This document shows, one piece after another, positions 27,682 to 38,076 of a stretch of DNA of 64,000 bases. Origin of the DNA: an uncultured Bacilli bacterium (lineage in GTDB: Bacteria > Bacillota_I > Bacilli_A > RF39 > UBA660); contig CAKPHY010000005.1 in the NCBI GenBank assembly GCA_934162285.1, positions 529 to 64,528 of the forward strand, read 5' to 3'. Each line of letters begins with the position of its first letter. The first letter of the stretch is position 1. Below the pieces are notes generated by a model. The model was not told the origin of the DNA and did not search any database. It worked only from the letters and a program-made list of their open reading frames with translations. Position numbers and translations under genes: made by a program.

Positions 27682-29832
27682 CTAGATTTTTATTGGATTA
27701 AAATCGATTTCTATTTTTACGAGTTTATTATTACTATAGATTTTATTTAAATAATGCATTTCTTTGATAATATCTTTAGTATTTTTATACTTTAAAGTAA
27801 TTTGATAATAATAAATATTATTTATCTTTGGTATATAAGCAGGAGCTGGGCCTAAAATATAAACATTTTCTTTAATACTACTTTTTAAATAAGCAACACA
27901 TTTATTACATTCATTAACAACATTTTCCTCGTTTTTACCTAAAACTTTTATAATTAATAAATTATAAAAGGGTGGATATTTAAGCGTTTTTCTAATCAAT
28001 AACTCTTCCCTTGTAAACGTTTCATAATCGTTTTTAGTTGCAAGAACAATACTATAATGATCTGTATTAAAAGCTTGAATAAAAACTTCACCTTTTTTAG
28101 TTGCCCTACCACTACGACCAGCAATTTGATTTAAAAGTTGAAAAGTTCTTTCACCCGAACGAAAATCTGGCATATTTAAAGTAGCATCACCATTAATTAC
28201 TCCTACCAAAGTAACATTAGGAAAATCAAGACCTTTAGCTATCATCTGGGTACCAAGTAAAATATCATATTTTTGTTCTAAGAAATCTTTAATGATCTTC
28301 TCATGAGCTCCTTTTTTACTAGTTGTATCAACATCCATCCGAACAATCCTAGCTTTAAACATACGATTTAATTCTTCCTCTAACCTTTGGGTACCTATTC
28401 CAAAATAATCAATGTTTTTACTTTTACAAACTGGGCAAGTTTTTACTAAAGGTAAGGCATATCCACAATAATGACATCTTAAAGTATTAGAAGATTTATG
28501 ATAAGTTAGAGGAATATCACAATATTTACACTTTACAACATAACCACAATCATGACAAGTAACGTTAGTTGCATAACCACGACGATTTAAAAGAATTATT
28601 GTTTGTTCATGACGTTCAAGGCGGAGATTTATAGCATCAAATAATTCTTTAGATATTATTTTATAACCATTTTTTATAGAATCGCGCATATTAATTAAAT
28701 GAATATCTGGAAAATTATTATTATAACGATTCTTCATTTCTAATAAAGTATATATATTATTCTTAGCTCGTACATAACTTTCAATTGATGGTGTTGCACT
28801 TCCTAAAACAACGCAACAATTATGATACTTAGCTCGCCACAAAGCAATATCTATAGTACTATACTTAGGATTATTTTCTTGTTTATAAGAATCTGAATGT
28901 TCTTCATCAATGACAATTAAACCTAAATTTTTAAAAGGGGCAAAAATAGCACTGCGTGCCCCAATAACAATTTTAACTTCGCCACGTTCAATTTTTCGCC
29001 ATTCATCATATTTTTCACCAGCACTTAAACCACTATGTAAAATAGCAATCAAATTACCAAATTTTTTCTTAAAACGAGAAACAATCTGAGGCGTTAAACT
29101 AATTTCTGGAACTAAAACAATTACTTCTTTATTAAAACGCAAAACATATTCAATTATTTTTATATATACTAGTGTTTTACCACTACCAGTCACACCAAAT
29201 AACAAAAAAGGTTGAAATTGATTAACACTTTCTTTAATTTTATTAAAAACTAATTCTTGCTCACGAGTAAGATTTATTTTTTGATCAACAACTTTTTCTT
29301 CGTTACTCAAACGATATACTTCTTCATACACTTCTTTTAAAACATTTTTCTTAATTAAAGTACTAACAACACTACTTTTAATACTACTTTTTAATACGCG
29401 ACCATGTTTTTTTATTAGTTCAACTATTTCTAGTTGTTTTGGTGTTAATTTTATATCAATAGAATTTACTTCTAAATAAGTTTGATATCTTTTATTAATT
29501 GTAGTACCCTTTTTAGCTTTTAAAGCAACAGGTAACATTGTTTCATAAGCACTTATTAAATTACATAAAGTTTTTTTACTAATATACTTTCCAAGCTCTA
29601 GTAATTCTTCATTTAAAACAGGATTTTCATCAATTACTTTTATAATGTCTTTAGTTTCATAAGTTACTTCATCTAAAATATTAATGATAAAGCCTTCTAA
29701 TTCACGTTTTTGAAAAGGAACTAAAACTCGTTTACCAATAGCTATTTCTTTTTCTAAAGCACTAGGAACATGATAAGAAAAAGTTTTATCAATTTTCCAA
29801 GCTTTTATTTCAACTAAAACTTCAACTATCAT
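27682..29832 (-). CDS. priA: Primosomal protein N' (replication restart helicase PriA)
   Basis: Walker A (GVTGSGKT), DEEH, a Cys-rich zinc region (CHDCGY...CKYCD...CHYCGY...CPVC) and QIAGRSGR are all seen. Confidence 0.95.
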   Translation of the reverse strand: MIVEVLVEIKAWKIDKTFSYHVPSALEKEIAIGKRVLVPFQKRELEGFIINILDEVTYETKDIIKVIDENPVLNEELLELGKYISKKTLCNLISAYETMLPVALKAKKGTTINKRYQTYLEVNSIDIKLTPKQLEIVELIKKHGRVLKSSIKSSVVSTLIKKNVLKEVYEEVYRLSNEEKVVDQKINLTREQELVFNKIKESVNQFQPFLLFGVTGSGKTLVYIKIIEYVLRFNKEVIVLVPEISLTPQIVSRFKKKFGNLIAILHSGLSAGEKYDEWRKIERGEVKIVIGARSAIFAPFKNLGLIVIDEEHSDSYKQENNPKYSTIDIALWRAKYHNCCVVLGSATPSIESYVRAKNNIYTLLEMKNRYNNNFPDIHLINMRDSIKNGYKIISKELFDAINLRLERHEQTIILLNRRGYATNVTCHDCGYVVKCKYCDIPLTYHKSSNTLRCHYCGYALPLVKTCPVCKSKNIDYFGIGTQRLEEELNRMFKARIVRMDVDTTSKKGAHEKIIKDFLEQKYDILLGTQMIAKGLDFPNVTLVGVINGDATLNMPDFRSGERTFQLLNQIAGRSGRATKKGEVFIQAFNTDHYSIVLATKNDYETFTREELLIRKTLKYPPFYNLLIIKVLGKNEENVVNECNKCVAYLKSSIKENVYILGPAPAYIPKINNIYYYQITLKYKNTKDIIKEMHYLNKIYSNNKLVKIEIDFNPIKI

Positions 29833-29849
29833 ATTCCACCACCAAAATA

Positions 29850-29858
29850 ATTATAACA
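29850..29858 (-). promoter_or_regulatory. Extended -10 element (TGTTATAAT) upstream of priA
   Basis: The minus strand reads gatgTGTTATAATtattttGGTGGTGGaatATG. The element lies directly after the upstream terminator. Confidence 0.35.
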
Positions 29859-29865
29859 CATCAAG

Positions 29866-29885
29866 AAAAAAACACCTAAGTGTTT
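29866..29885 (-). terminator. Terminator after the 651-aa surface protein gene
   Basis: On the minus strand, AAACAC-ttag-GTGTTT is followed by TTTTTC. Confidence 0.5.
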
Positions 29886-29896
29886 TCGCTTAAGTG

Positions 29897-31852
29897 TTAT
29901 TTTATATTATAAACTTGGTAGCCATAACCACTACTTCCCGTTCTACCCGTGTCATAACCGGATATCATATAACGTGAATTAGCTTCATCCATCGTTTTTA
30001 ATTTACCATCCCAAGAATCAATTATTAAAAGATCTTTATCTGTCATAGTTGAACCCGATTTAACGGTATTTTTATAACCAACAACAGTTACGTAATGACG
30101 AGAAACAGTATTACCATTTTCTGACTTAGCTCCACTTACTTGTAAAACAGTTGGTTTTCCAGCACTTACTTGACTATACACATCTTGTAAGACCGTTTGC
30201 TTATTATTATCTTTAAGATCTTTAAATCTACTAGCATAAACATAGCCAGCTCCGTCTTTAGCATTCATTGAGTTTAAATTATCACCATTATATAATTTAT
30301 AAGCATAGTAATACGCAAAAGAAAGACATGAATCATAATAATCTTTATTAACTCTTTGAGCAACATTACCTTCCGTATAATTAGCTAAATCAATAACATT
30401 ATTTTGAGTAGCAACTAATTTATAGTTTTTTAAATCAGCTGCTTTATTGGTACCAATTCCACCATTAGAATAACTTCCACTTGATGAACTACCACTAGAT
30501 GAACTTCCAAAGTTAGTAGGTAAATCAGTTGCGGCAACAATTGTTTCTTTAATAACTGTTACATCACATTTTAATGTCGCTTTATTACCAGCTATATCTA
30601 CTACAGAAACTGAAATTGTTTCCGATTTATTCGTAACTTTATAAGTATTATCAGTTATATAACTAGTAGCATTACCATCGAGTATATAGCTATAACCTGC
30701 TATTCCTTTATTATCAGTAGCATTTACTTCTACTTCAGTATTATCACCACGAACTAAAGCTTTACAGCTACCTGCTGGCGGAATATTATCAATATTACTA
30801 ATTTCAATATCTTTTACATACTCATTACCATGAATATCATAAGCTTTAAAAGTATAAACACCATTGCTTTTAGCTGTAAAAGTATGAGTTCTTCGACTAT
30901 CTACACTACCATAAGGATCAATTAATTTTACATAAGTAGAACCACTTATTTCAGCAATTATATTAGTTGATGCTGCTAAATCTGTACTTTCTTGTTTAAG
31001 TGAAATTTCAACATCACCCTTAAATTTCATAACTTTGATTGTGCGTTGAGCAACAGCTGTTCTTCCTTTACTATTAGTTACTTTATAAGTAATGAAATAA
31101 GTTCCTACCTTTTTAGTATCCAGATTGCTAGTAACATCCACCCTTCGACTGATTTTTCCATCATTATAATCAACGGCTTTATAACCAGGTTCTTTATATC
31201 GAGAATTTAATTGCAAAACAATATTTTTATCACCTAATAAAGTTATAACGGGATCAGTTTCATTAATAAGACCACTAACATTAGAATCTTTATCATTTTC
31301 AGTTACAACAACATAACGCTTTACCGTTTCCTTTAAAATATTATCAACATAAGCAGAATAAGTCAAAGTATAAATACCAGGAGTAGTTAAAACTTTACCA
31401 GATACAATAACATCAGCTTCTTTTTTTAATGTATAATATGGATCATTAAAAACTTCACCTTTATTTAAAACGATAAAGTTCCCACCTACTAAAACAATAT
31501 ATTTAGTATTAACACTAGTATCAGTTTGGTATTTACTACAATTCAAGTATGGTTCATACGCAATTTTTCCATTGGTATTAGTAACCATTACGCCACTTGC
31601 TTTACTACACAATTCAGTTCCTTCTATTTCGGATAATTTAGTTATTTCAATATATTGAGGCGAAGTAATAGCCAAATTATTATCAGCCACATACTTTTTA
31701 GCAGCTACTACTACATCATCTTCAATATTATTATAAGTTCTTTTAGAATTCTTAATTAAAAAGAAGACAGCAAATACTACCAAAACTAACAATACCCATT
31801 TACCATATTTTATGATTTGTTGAATTTTTTCTTCACGATCAAAACTATTCAT
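29897..31852 (-). CDS. Membrane-anchored surface protein: Ig-like (DUF5011-type) modules, a Ser/Gly linker and a C-terminal papain-fold Cys-His-Asp peptidase-like domain
   Basis: The ATG at 31852 is preferred (GGTGAG RBS). The TM is WVLLVLVVFAVFFLI. The DUF5011 pattern is DPVITLLGDKNIVLQ...GYKAVDYNDGKISRRV...GTYFITYKVTNSKGRTAVAQRTIKV. The linker is SSSGSSSSGSYSNGG. The C-terminal domain shows YDSCLSFAYYYA ... SRHYVTVVGY ... LIIDSWDG, which is C39-like/CHAP-like. Confidence 0.6.
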   Translation of the reverse strand: MNSFDREEKIQQIIKYGKWVLLVLVVFAVFFLIKNSKRTYNNIEDDVVVAAKKYVADNNLAITSPQYIEITKLSEIEGTELCSKASGVMVTNTNGKIAYEPYLNCSKYQTDTSVNTKYIVLVGGNFIVLNKGEVFNDPYYTLKKEADVIVSGKVLTTPGIYTLTYSAYVDNILKETVKRYVVVTENDKDSNVSGLINETDPVITLLGDKNIVLQLNSRYKEPGYKAVDYNDGKISRRVDVTSNLDTKKVGTYFITYKVTNSKGRTAVAQRTIKVMKFKGDVEISLKQESTDLAASTNIIAEISGSTYVKLIDPYGSVDSRRTHTFTAKSNGVYTFKAYDIHGNEYVKDIEISNIDNIPPAGSCKALVRGDNTEVEVNATDNKGIAGYSYILDGNATSYITDNTYKVTNKSETISVSVVDIAGNKATLKCDVTVIKETIVAATDLPTNFGSSSSGSSSSGSYSNGGIGTNKAADLKNYKLVATQNNVIDLANYTEGNVAQRVNKDYYDSCLSFAYYYAYKLYNGDNLNSMNAKDGAGYVYASRFKDLKDNNKQTVLQDVYSQVSAGKPTVLQVSGAKSENGNTVSRHYVTVVGYKNTVKSGSTMTDKDLLIIDSWDGKLKTMDEANSRYMISGYDTGRTGSSGYGYQVYNIK

Positions 31853-31946
31853 TTTCTCACCACTTTTATTATAACATAACTTTAATTTTTTAATTATTAA
31901 TTTACATGTAAATTTAAAAAAAATCAAAAGACTTTTTTTTAAATTT

Positions 31947-33074
31947 TTATGAATATCTAATTATCTTTTTTAGACTTTTATTAAATAAACAATTTATCAA
32001 TATAATTATTATGATAAATATATAAATTAAAAGTAATATAAGCCAATTATTCAAACATAATTTAAGAAGAAATTTTTTATTAATAATATGAATGCTAATT
32101 TTGGCTAAAAAAAGAGAAATTATAAAAGAACCCGTTGCTAATAGTAATAATTGCATAAAAAGTATCTTTAAACTCTGCCATTTAGTAAAACCAATCATTC
32201 GTTTTAACATATTACTACTCGTTTCATCTTTAATTATATTTTTAATTAGTAAATAAAATACCATAATAAATAATAATGCTATTAAATAGCTAACGCTCTT
32301 TAAAGTATCAACAATACTATTTAATTCCATAACGTTTTGGGTATCACCAGTACTTTCCCAAATACATAATGAAGCTTTATAATTATTGTTTTTTTCTAGA
32401 TTTCTAAGTTTAGATTCCAATTTTTCAGCTTTTTTAAGATCTTTAACTGATGCTTTATAAAAATATAAACTAGAATATTTAACTAACTTTGCAAAATCTT
32501 CATCAGCTATTAGCATAAAAGAAAGTGGTGATTCATAAAAATCAGTTATAGTAAATTCTATTTTAAATTCACCAGACTTAAATCCTAACTTTTTATTCAA
32601 TAATTCACTGAAATTTTTATTTGAAAGACTTTCCTTTGCTCCTAAGGCAATTTCCCCACTATTTAAACTTAAGTTATAATCACTAGCTTTAAATATAACA
32701 ATATTTTCATCAAATTCAGTAAAATCTTCCCAAAAAAACTCACTTTCACCAGGAATTGGATCTTTTTTTAAAATTACTTGCCCATCTTTTTGAACATCTA
32801 CTCCTTGAAGACCTAATAATGTATAATCATAATCAGGTTTAAATACTAAACCCCTTTTTATATCAAATAGAACTGTACTTTTACTCAACTCTTCATAATG
32901 ATCTTTTTCACTAAGCATTATAAAAGCAGAATTTTTTTTGATAGAATCATTGTATAAATTTTCATAATATCCAGCAAAAGAAAAGAAAATAATTATTCCT
33001 AAAAATAATATAGTAAAAAGGAAAAAATAAATTTTTGTTGTTTTCTTCCTAAAAAATTCTTTTAATAAAAGCAT
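31947..33074 (-). CDS. FtsX-like ABC permease (tandem paralogue 2)
   Basis: The layout is TM1, a ~220-aa extracytoplasmic domain and three C-terminal TMs with an FtsX-type MLKRMIGFTKWQ motif. The first 17 aa and the RBS are identical to 33142..34272. Confidence 0.65.
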   Translation of the reverse strand: MLLLKEFFRKKTTKIYFFLFTILFLGIIIFFSFAGYYENLYNDSIKKNSAFIMLSEKDHYEELSKSTVLFDIKRGLVFKPDYDYTLLGLQGVDVQKDGQVILKKDPIPGESEFFWEDFTEFDENIVIFKASDYNLSLNSGEIALGAKESLSNKNFSELLNKKLGFKSGEFKIEFTITDFYESPLSFMLIADEDFAKLVKYSSLYFYKASVKDLKKAEKLESKLRNLEKNNNYKASLCIWESTGDTQNVMELNSIVDTLKSVSYLIALLFIMVFYLLIKNIIKDETSSNMLKRMIGFTKWQSLKILFMQLLLLATGSFIISLFLAKISIHIINKKFLLKLCLNNWLILLLIYIFIIIIILINCLFNKSLKKIIRYS

Positions 33075-33141
33075 AAAATCACTCCCAACTTTGAGTTTAA
33101 ATTCTTTTTTTATTAATTATTTATAACTTATTTTAAAATTA

Positions 33142-34272
33142 TCAAGCATATCTAACAATTTTCTTTAAGTTTCTATTAAATAAACAAATTATCAATGTAA
33201 TAATAATTGAAATTATATAAATAAAAACTATCATAAATAAATTATTTAATTTAATTCCAATATTAAAGTATTTATTGATAATAAATAAACTTATTTTAGA
33301 TAATAAAATTGAAAAAATAAGTGAAAATGTAATTAATAGCAATAGCTCTAAAATAATAATTTTTATTAATTTCCATCTAGTAAAACCGATCATTCGCTTT
33401 AACATACTATTTTTTAATTCATCTTTAACTATATTTTTAACTATAAAATAAAACACTATTACAAATAATATAGAAATTAAATAGCTAACATTCTTTAAAA
33501 TGTCAACAATTTTAGCCAATTCTATAATCTTATCTCCTTCTACACCATCATTCCAAACATACAAATGAACACTATAATTGTTGTTTTTTTCTAAATTTTT
33601 AAGACTAATCTCTAGTTTTTCAGCCTTTTTTAAATCTTTAACTGATGCTTTATAAAAATATAAACTAGAATAATTGACCAACTTTGTAAAATCTTCATCA
33701 GATATTGCCATAGATAAAAGTGGTGATTTATAAAAATTCGTTATAACAAATTCCTTTTTTAAATTTCCAATATTAAATCCTAGTTTCTTATCTATTAATT
33801 CAGCCAGCTTTTCATCTGTAAATCTAGAATTTGGCAAATACCCAAGGGCTATCTCACCACTATTTAAATTCAAATCATAATTACTCGCTTTAAATACTAC
33901 AATATTATTAAATTCAGCAAAATCTTCCCAGAAAAAATCCGTTTCACCATAAATTGGATCTTTTTTAGAAATTGTAATTCCATCTTTTTTTACTTCCATA
34001 CCTTGTCTACCTAATATTGTATAACTATAATCTGGCTCAAAGATCAATCCTCGTTGTATATCAAACAATATATTACTTTTATTCAATTCAGCATAATGAT
34101 CTTTTTCACTAAGCATTACAAAAGCTGAATTTTTTTTAATGGCATGATCATATAGTCTGCTATAGTAATTAGCAAAACAAAAGAAAACTGTAATTCCTAA
34201 AAATATTATTATTAAAATTACAAAATAAATTTTTGTTGTTTTCTTTCTAAAAAATTCTTTTAATAAAAGCAT
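33142..34272 (-). CDS. FtsX-like ABC permease (tandem paralogue 1)
   Basis: The architecture matches 31947..33074, with roughly two-thirds identity by eye and shared blocks such as SLYFYKASVKDLKKAEKLE. Confidence 0.65.
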   Translation of the reverse strand: MLLLKEFFRKKTTKIYFVILIIIFLGITVFFCFANYYSRLYDHAIKKNSAFVMLSEKDHYAELNKSNILFDIQRGLIFEPDYSYTILGRQGMEVKKDGITISKKDPIYGETDFFWEDFAEFNNIVVFKASNYDLNLNSGEIALGYLPNSRFTDEKLAELIDKKLGFNIGNLKKEFVITNFYKSPLLSMAISDEDFTKLVNYSSLYFYKASVKDLKKAEKLEISLKNLEKNNNYSVHLYVWNDGVEGDKIIELAKIVDILKNVSYLISILFVIVFYFIVKNIVKDELKNSMLKRMIGFTRWKLIKIIILELLLLITFSLIFSILLSKISLFIINKYFNIGIKLNNLFMIVFIYIISIIITLIICLFNRNLKKIVRYA

Positions 34273-34276
34273 ATAC

Positions 34277-35503
34277 TTACTCCCAACTTTGAGTTAAATC
34301 TCTTATTTTTTTATTTGTTAATTTTATTGTTCTAAAAGTGGTAAAAATAAGAGAAAGTCCAACTACTATTAAAAATGTTAATAATATACTAAACATACTA
34401 ATTGAAAAAATTATACCTACATTCTTAAAAATATTTAAAAATTTGTTTTTAATTATTGAAAAACCAAACGTAAATATAATAAATCCTAATAAAGATGATA
34501 TTGAATTTATTATTAAGGTTTGATAAAAATAAAGTCGATGTATTAATTTGCTATCATAACCACATACTTTTAATACACCAATAAATTTCATTTCATTGAT
34601 CATTCTTTTTTTAGTATAAAATCCCGAAATGAAAATAACAATTAATACTACTAATATTAATGTAATTAAACACGAAAGAGAAATTATATTTATTAATTCA
34701 GAATCAATCATGTTTTTGGTTTCAAAATTTGTATATTTTAATTTCTGCAATTCATTTTCTACATATTTAACGTTTGTTACGTCATCTACTACAACCGAAA
34801 AATAAGGGGTACTACTATTTGAATCATCTATAATTGTAGCATTTCTAACATCTTTCATATCTTCTGGTAAAACATAACATTGATTATTAAAGTTCAAGTT
34901 CTTTTTGTTATCATAAAATCCAACAATTTTTAAACTTTTAATAAATTCATCCTTTTCAACAAGACGATTACCAATAAATTCATAAGAATAATACTTAACA
35001 TTAAAAGTTTTATTTAAATATTTCTCGTTAGGTAAAATTTTTGATTCATTAATTTTTGAAGAATAAACAGAACTATCAGGATAAAAATTAATGGGACAAA
35101 CTGTTTCGCCTTTTTTAGTAATTGTTGTACCATAAACAATGTCTGGAATAGTATTATTAGTACCATAAAGTAGCTCTACTTTACCATCTAACCCATTTAT
35201 AGTTAAATCACTCTCAATTACAGCCGAATCATAAAATGAACTATAAACTTCTATAACATGATTAATCTTAGATAATTCATCTTGACCTAGATCGTTATAA
35301 TCAAATTTTGGTGACACACTAATTGTTCTAAAACCAATATTACTATTAATACTTTTATCTATAAAAGAATTTATATTATGATAAACATTCAAAGCTGTTA
35401 ATAATATAATTGTAAATATTGCCATAATTAAAATAAAATATATATTTTCTTTATGACGTTTTATTCTTAATAACGAAAAACAAATCATTTCAATAATTGT
35501 CAT
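34277..35503 (-). CDS. FtsX-like ABC permease
   Basis: The layout is TM1, a large extracytoplasmic domain and FIGVLKVCGYDSKLI plus three TMs. A 4-nt overlap links it to the ATPase gene. Confidence 0.7.
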   Translation of the reverse strand: MTIIEMICFSLLRIKRHKENIYFILIMAIFTIILLTALNVYHNINSFIDKSINSNIGFRTISVSPKFDYNDLGQDELSKINHVIEVYSSFYDSAVIESDLTINGLDGKVELLYGTNNTIPDIVYGTTITKKGETVCPINFYPDSSVYSSKINESKILPNEKYLNKTFNVKYYSYEFIGNRLVEKDEFIKSLKIVGFYDNKKNLNFNNQCYVLPEDMKDVRNATIIDDSNSSTPYFSVVVDDVTNVKYVENELQKLKYTNFETKNMIDSELINIISLSCLITLILVVLIVIFISGFYTKKRMINEMKFIGVLKVCGYDSKLIHRLYFYQTLIINSISSLLGFIIFTFGFSIIKNKFLNIFKNVGIIFSISMFSILLTFLIVVGLSLIFTTFRTIKLTNKKIRDLTQSWE

Positions 35504-36189
35504 TTACTAACACCAACTAACTTACCATTCTCTATTTTTAATACTTCATCAGCATACTTTTTTACATATTCACTATGACTTACCATAATAATACATCTTC
35601 CTTTAGCTGATAATTTCTTTAATAATTCAAATATTTCACTTTCAGTTTTCTCATCAAGGTTACCAGTTGGTTCATCAGCAATTATAATGTTAGGATCATT
35701 AGCTAAAGCACGAGCTATTGCTACTCTTTGTTGCTCTCCTCCGGATAATTCTCTTGGGAAATGATCAATTCTATCTTCTAAACCAACTTCTTTTAATAGT
35801 TTTAATGCCAATTCTTTTCTTTCATTCGACTTAATTTTTTTATTTATTAACATTGGTACCATAACATTTTCATAAGCTTTTAATGTTGGTATCAAATTAA
35901 TTTCTTGAAAAATAAAACCTATATTATTCATTCGCAAATTAGATAATTTTTCATCATTAAAATCTTTAATATTTAAATTATATAAATAGTAAGCTCCAGA
36001 ATCAAAATTATCAATTAAAGCTAAAATGTTTACTAAAGTTGATTTACCACTTCCACTATGACCCATAATGGCATAAAACTTTCCAGTATAAAATTTAGCA
36101 TTAACATCATTTAAAACTTTAATTACTCTAGTATTTGTTTTATATTCTTTGCTAATATTTTCTAGTTTTATTAATAATTCGTTACTCAT
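35500..36189 (-). CDS. ABC transporter ATP-binding protein (MacB/FtsE/LolD-type)
   Basis: Walker A (GHSGSGKST), the signature [15 protein letters not shown] and Walker B ([12 protein letters not shown]) are present. Confidence 0.9.
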   Translation of the reverse strand: MSNELLIKLENISKEYKTNTRVIKVLNDVNAKFYTGKFYAIMGHSGSGKSTLVNILALIDNFDSGAYYLYNLNIKDFNDEKLSNLRMNNIGFIFQEINLIPTLKAYENVMVPMLINKKIKSNERKELALKLLKEVGLEDRIDHFPRELSGGEQQRVAIARALANDPNIIIADEPTGNLDEKTESEIFELLKKLSAKGRCIIMVSHSEYVKKYADEVLKIENGKLVGVSK

Positions 36190-36265
36190 TTTTTACATTT
36201 ACCTCCACTTTAACATTAATTACAGAATACTACTTTAATATCAATTTAATTATACCATATATCAA

Positions 36266-36296
36266 CAAAAAAACACTCTACATTTAGTAGAGTTGT
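36266..36296 (-). terminator. Terminator of spoIVA
   Basis: On the minus strand, ACTCTAC-taaat-GTAGAGT is followed by GTTTTTTT. Confidence 0.6.
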
Positions 36297-36307
36297 TTGT
36301 TTAGCTT

Positions 36308-37783
36308 TTATAAAACAAAAGCAATTAAATTGTTGGAGCCTTTATTAACTACTTTAGTTAAAGTTTGTTGTAATTTAAAACGAATATTTTCAGGCATCAT
36401 ACTAATTTTAGATTGAATACCTTCTTGCACGATAACATCTAATGATCGACCAAATATTTCACTTTTCCAAATAGATGAAGCATCAGTATCATAATCTTTC
36501 ATTATGTAATTTATTAGTTCTTTACTTTGAATTTCTGATCCAATTATTGGTTCAAAAGTTGATTCTACATCGATTCTAATCATATGAATAGATGGAGCAA
36601 CAGCTTTTAATTTAATACCATAACGACCATTCTGTTTAATTATTTCTGGTGTATCCAATTTCATGTCAGCAAGTGATGGAAAAGCAACACCATATCCCGT
36701 AGCTTTAACCATTTTTAAAGCACTTTTAATCTGGGAATATTCACTCTTTGTTTCATTATATTCTTGAAATAATGATATTAAATCAGCGCGAGAATTAATA
36801 TCAATTCCAATTATTTCATTTAAAACTTGATTGTAAAGATTAGTTGGAGCATCTAAATTTATAGTTACTTCTCCTGTTGCCGGATTAACTTCTTTTATAT
36901 AAGATTTTTCAATTTCATTACAATCATTAAAGTGTTTAGTAATATTTTCTATATCTCTTAATTTATCAACTTCAACAACACTTTCCTTAATTTTAGAAAT
37001 ATAAACTTGCTTTAACCAATTATTAGCATTTAATGACGCAATCCAATCTGGCATATTAACATTAACTGATATTACAGGGAATTCATATAAAGCTTCTCTT
37101 AAAATAGCATACATATCTTGTTCATTCATTGTTTCAACACTTATTGGCATAACTGGAACTTGATAATCATCTCGTAATTTTTCAGCTATTTTCTCTGTTT
37201 CTGGTAAAGTAGGATGAACAGAGTTTAAAATAACAATAAAAGGTTTACCAATTTCTTTAAGTTCTGTTATAACTCTTTTTTCAGTTTCAACATAATCACT
37301 TCTTGAAAATTCACCTATTGATCCATCAGTAGTCATAACAATACCAATAGTTGAATGCTCTTTAATAACTTTTTCAGTCCCAATTTCAGCAGCTTCAATA
37401 AAAGGAATTTCTTGATCATACCAAGGAGTTTTCACCATTCTTGGACCATTTTCATCTTCATACCCTTTAGCATTAGGAATTACATAACCTACACAATCAA
37501 CCAAACGAATATTAGCATTTATTTCATCAATTTTAATTGTTGTTGCATTAGAAGGCACAAATTTCGGTTCAATAGTCATAATTGTTTTACCTTGAGCACT
37601 TTGAGGAATTTCATCTAAAGCACGTTTCTTTTCATATTCGTCTTCAATATTAGGAATGATTAAATTTTCAACAACTTTTTTAATAAATGTACTTTTACCT
37701 GTTCTTACTGCTCCTACTACTCCAAAATAGATATCACCTTTAGTTCTAAGAGCAATATTTTTTATAATTTCATTTTTATTCAT
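36308..37783 (-). CDS. spoIVA: Stage IV sporulation protein A (spore coat basement-layer ATPase)
   Basis: The N-terminus IALRTKGDIYFGVVGAVRTGKSTFIKK matches the SpoIVA P-loop. The ~490-aa length and EIPQSAQGKTIMT also fit. Confidence 0.85.
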   Translation of the reverse strand: MNKNEIIKNIALRTKGDIYFGVVGAVRTGKSTFIKKVVENLIIPNIEDEYEKKRALDEIPQSAQGKTIMTIEPKFVPSNATTIKIDEINANIRLVDCVGYVIPNAKGYEDENGPRMVKTPWYDQEIPFIEAAEIGTEKVIKEHSTIGIVMTTDGSIGEFSRSDYVETEKRVITELKEIGKPFIVILNSVHPTLPETEKIAEKLRDDYQVPVMPISVETMNEQDMYAILREALYEFPVISVNVNMPDWIASLNANNWLKQVYISKIKESVVEVDKLRDIENITKHFNDCNEIEKSYIKEVNPATGEVTINLDAPTNLYNQVLNEIIGIDINSRADLISLFQEYNETKSEYSQIKSALKMVKATGYGVAFPSLADMKLDTPEIIKQNGRYGIKLKAVAPSIHMIRIDVESTFEPIIGSEIQSKELINYIMKDYDTDASSIWKSEIFGRSLDVIVQEGIQSKISMMPENIRFKLQQTLTKVVNKGSNNLIAFVL

Positions 37784-37803
37784 ATTCCACTCTCTTTCAT
37801 TTA

Positions 37804-37831
37804 AGAATATGAATATTTTCTTAAAGTATGA
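37804..37831 (-). promoter_or_regulatory. Possible sigma-E-type promoter for spoIVA
   Basis: The minus strand reads TCATACT-13 nt-CATATTCT, against the remembered consensus kmATAtt-N13-15-CATAcanT. The match is weak and made by eye. Confidence 0.25.
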
Positions 37832-38043
37832 AAAAAATAAATTATTTTTAGTTTATTAATAGTATTTTACAAATAAAATGTTATATAAAACTAACAGCAA
37901 CAATAACATCTAAATTATAATATTTTGGGCTTCCCTTTGTCCATCTTTTTGAACTAGTAAGAAATCCTTACATACTGAATTTTCTTTAATATTAAAATTA
38001 ATTTAATTTTCCCTTTTTAATAATAGATAATTTAAAGCAAATT

Positions 38044-38069
38044 AAAGAGACTCAAATTTTAGTCTCTTT
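38044..38069. terminator. Hairpin terminator downstream of 38077..38472
   Basis: AAAGAGACT-caaatttt-AGTCTCTTT forms a 9-bp stem with T-rich flanks on both strands. Confidence 0.6.
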
Positions 38070-38076
38070 AATTTTT

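Noticed and set aside
37860-38040. Slightly GC-enriched patch (GGGCTTCCCTTTGTCC) in the spoIVA upstream region, considered as a possible small RNA or ORF.
   Set aside because: No promoter, terminator, stable helix or ORF longer than 8 codons could be found by eye, so the evidence is insufficient.
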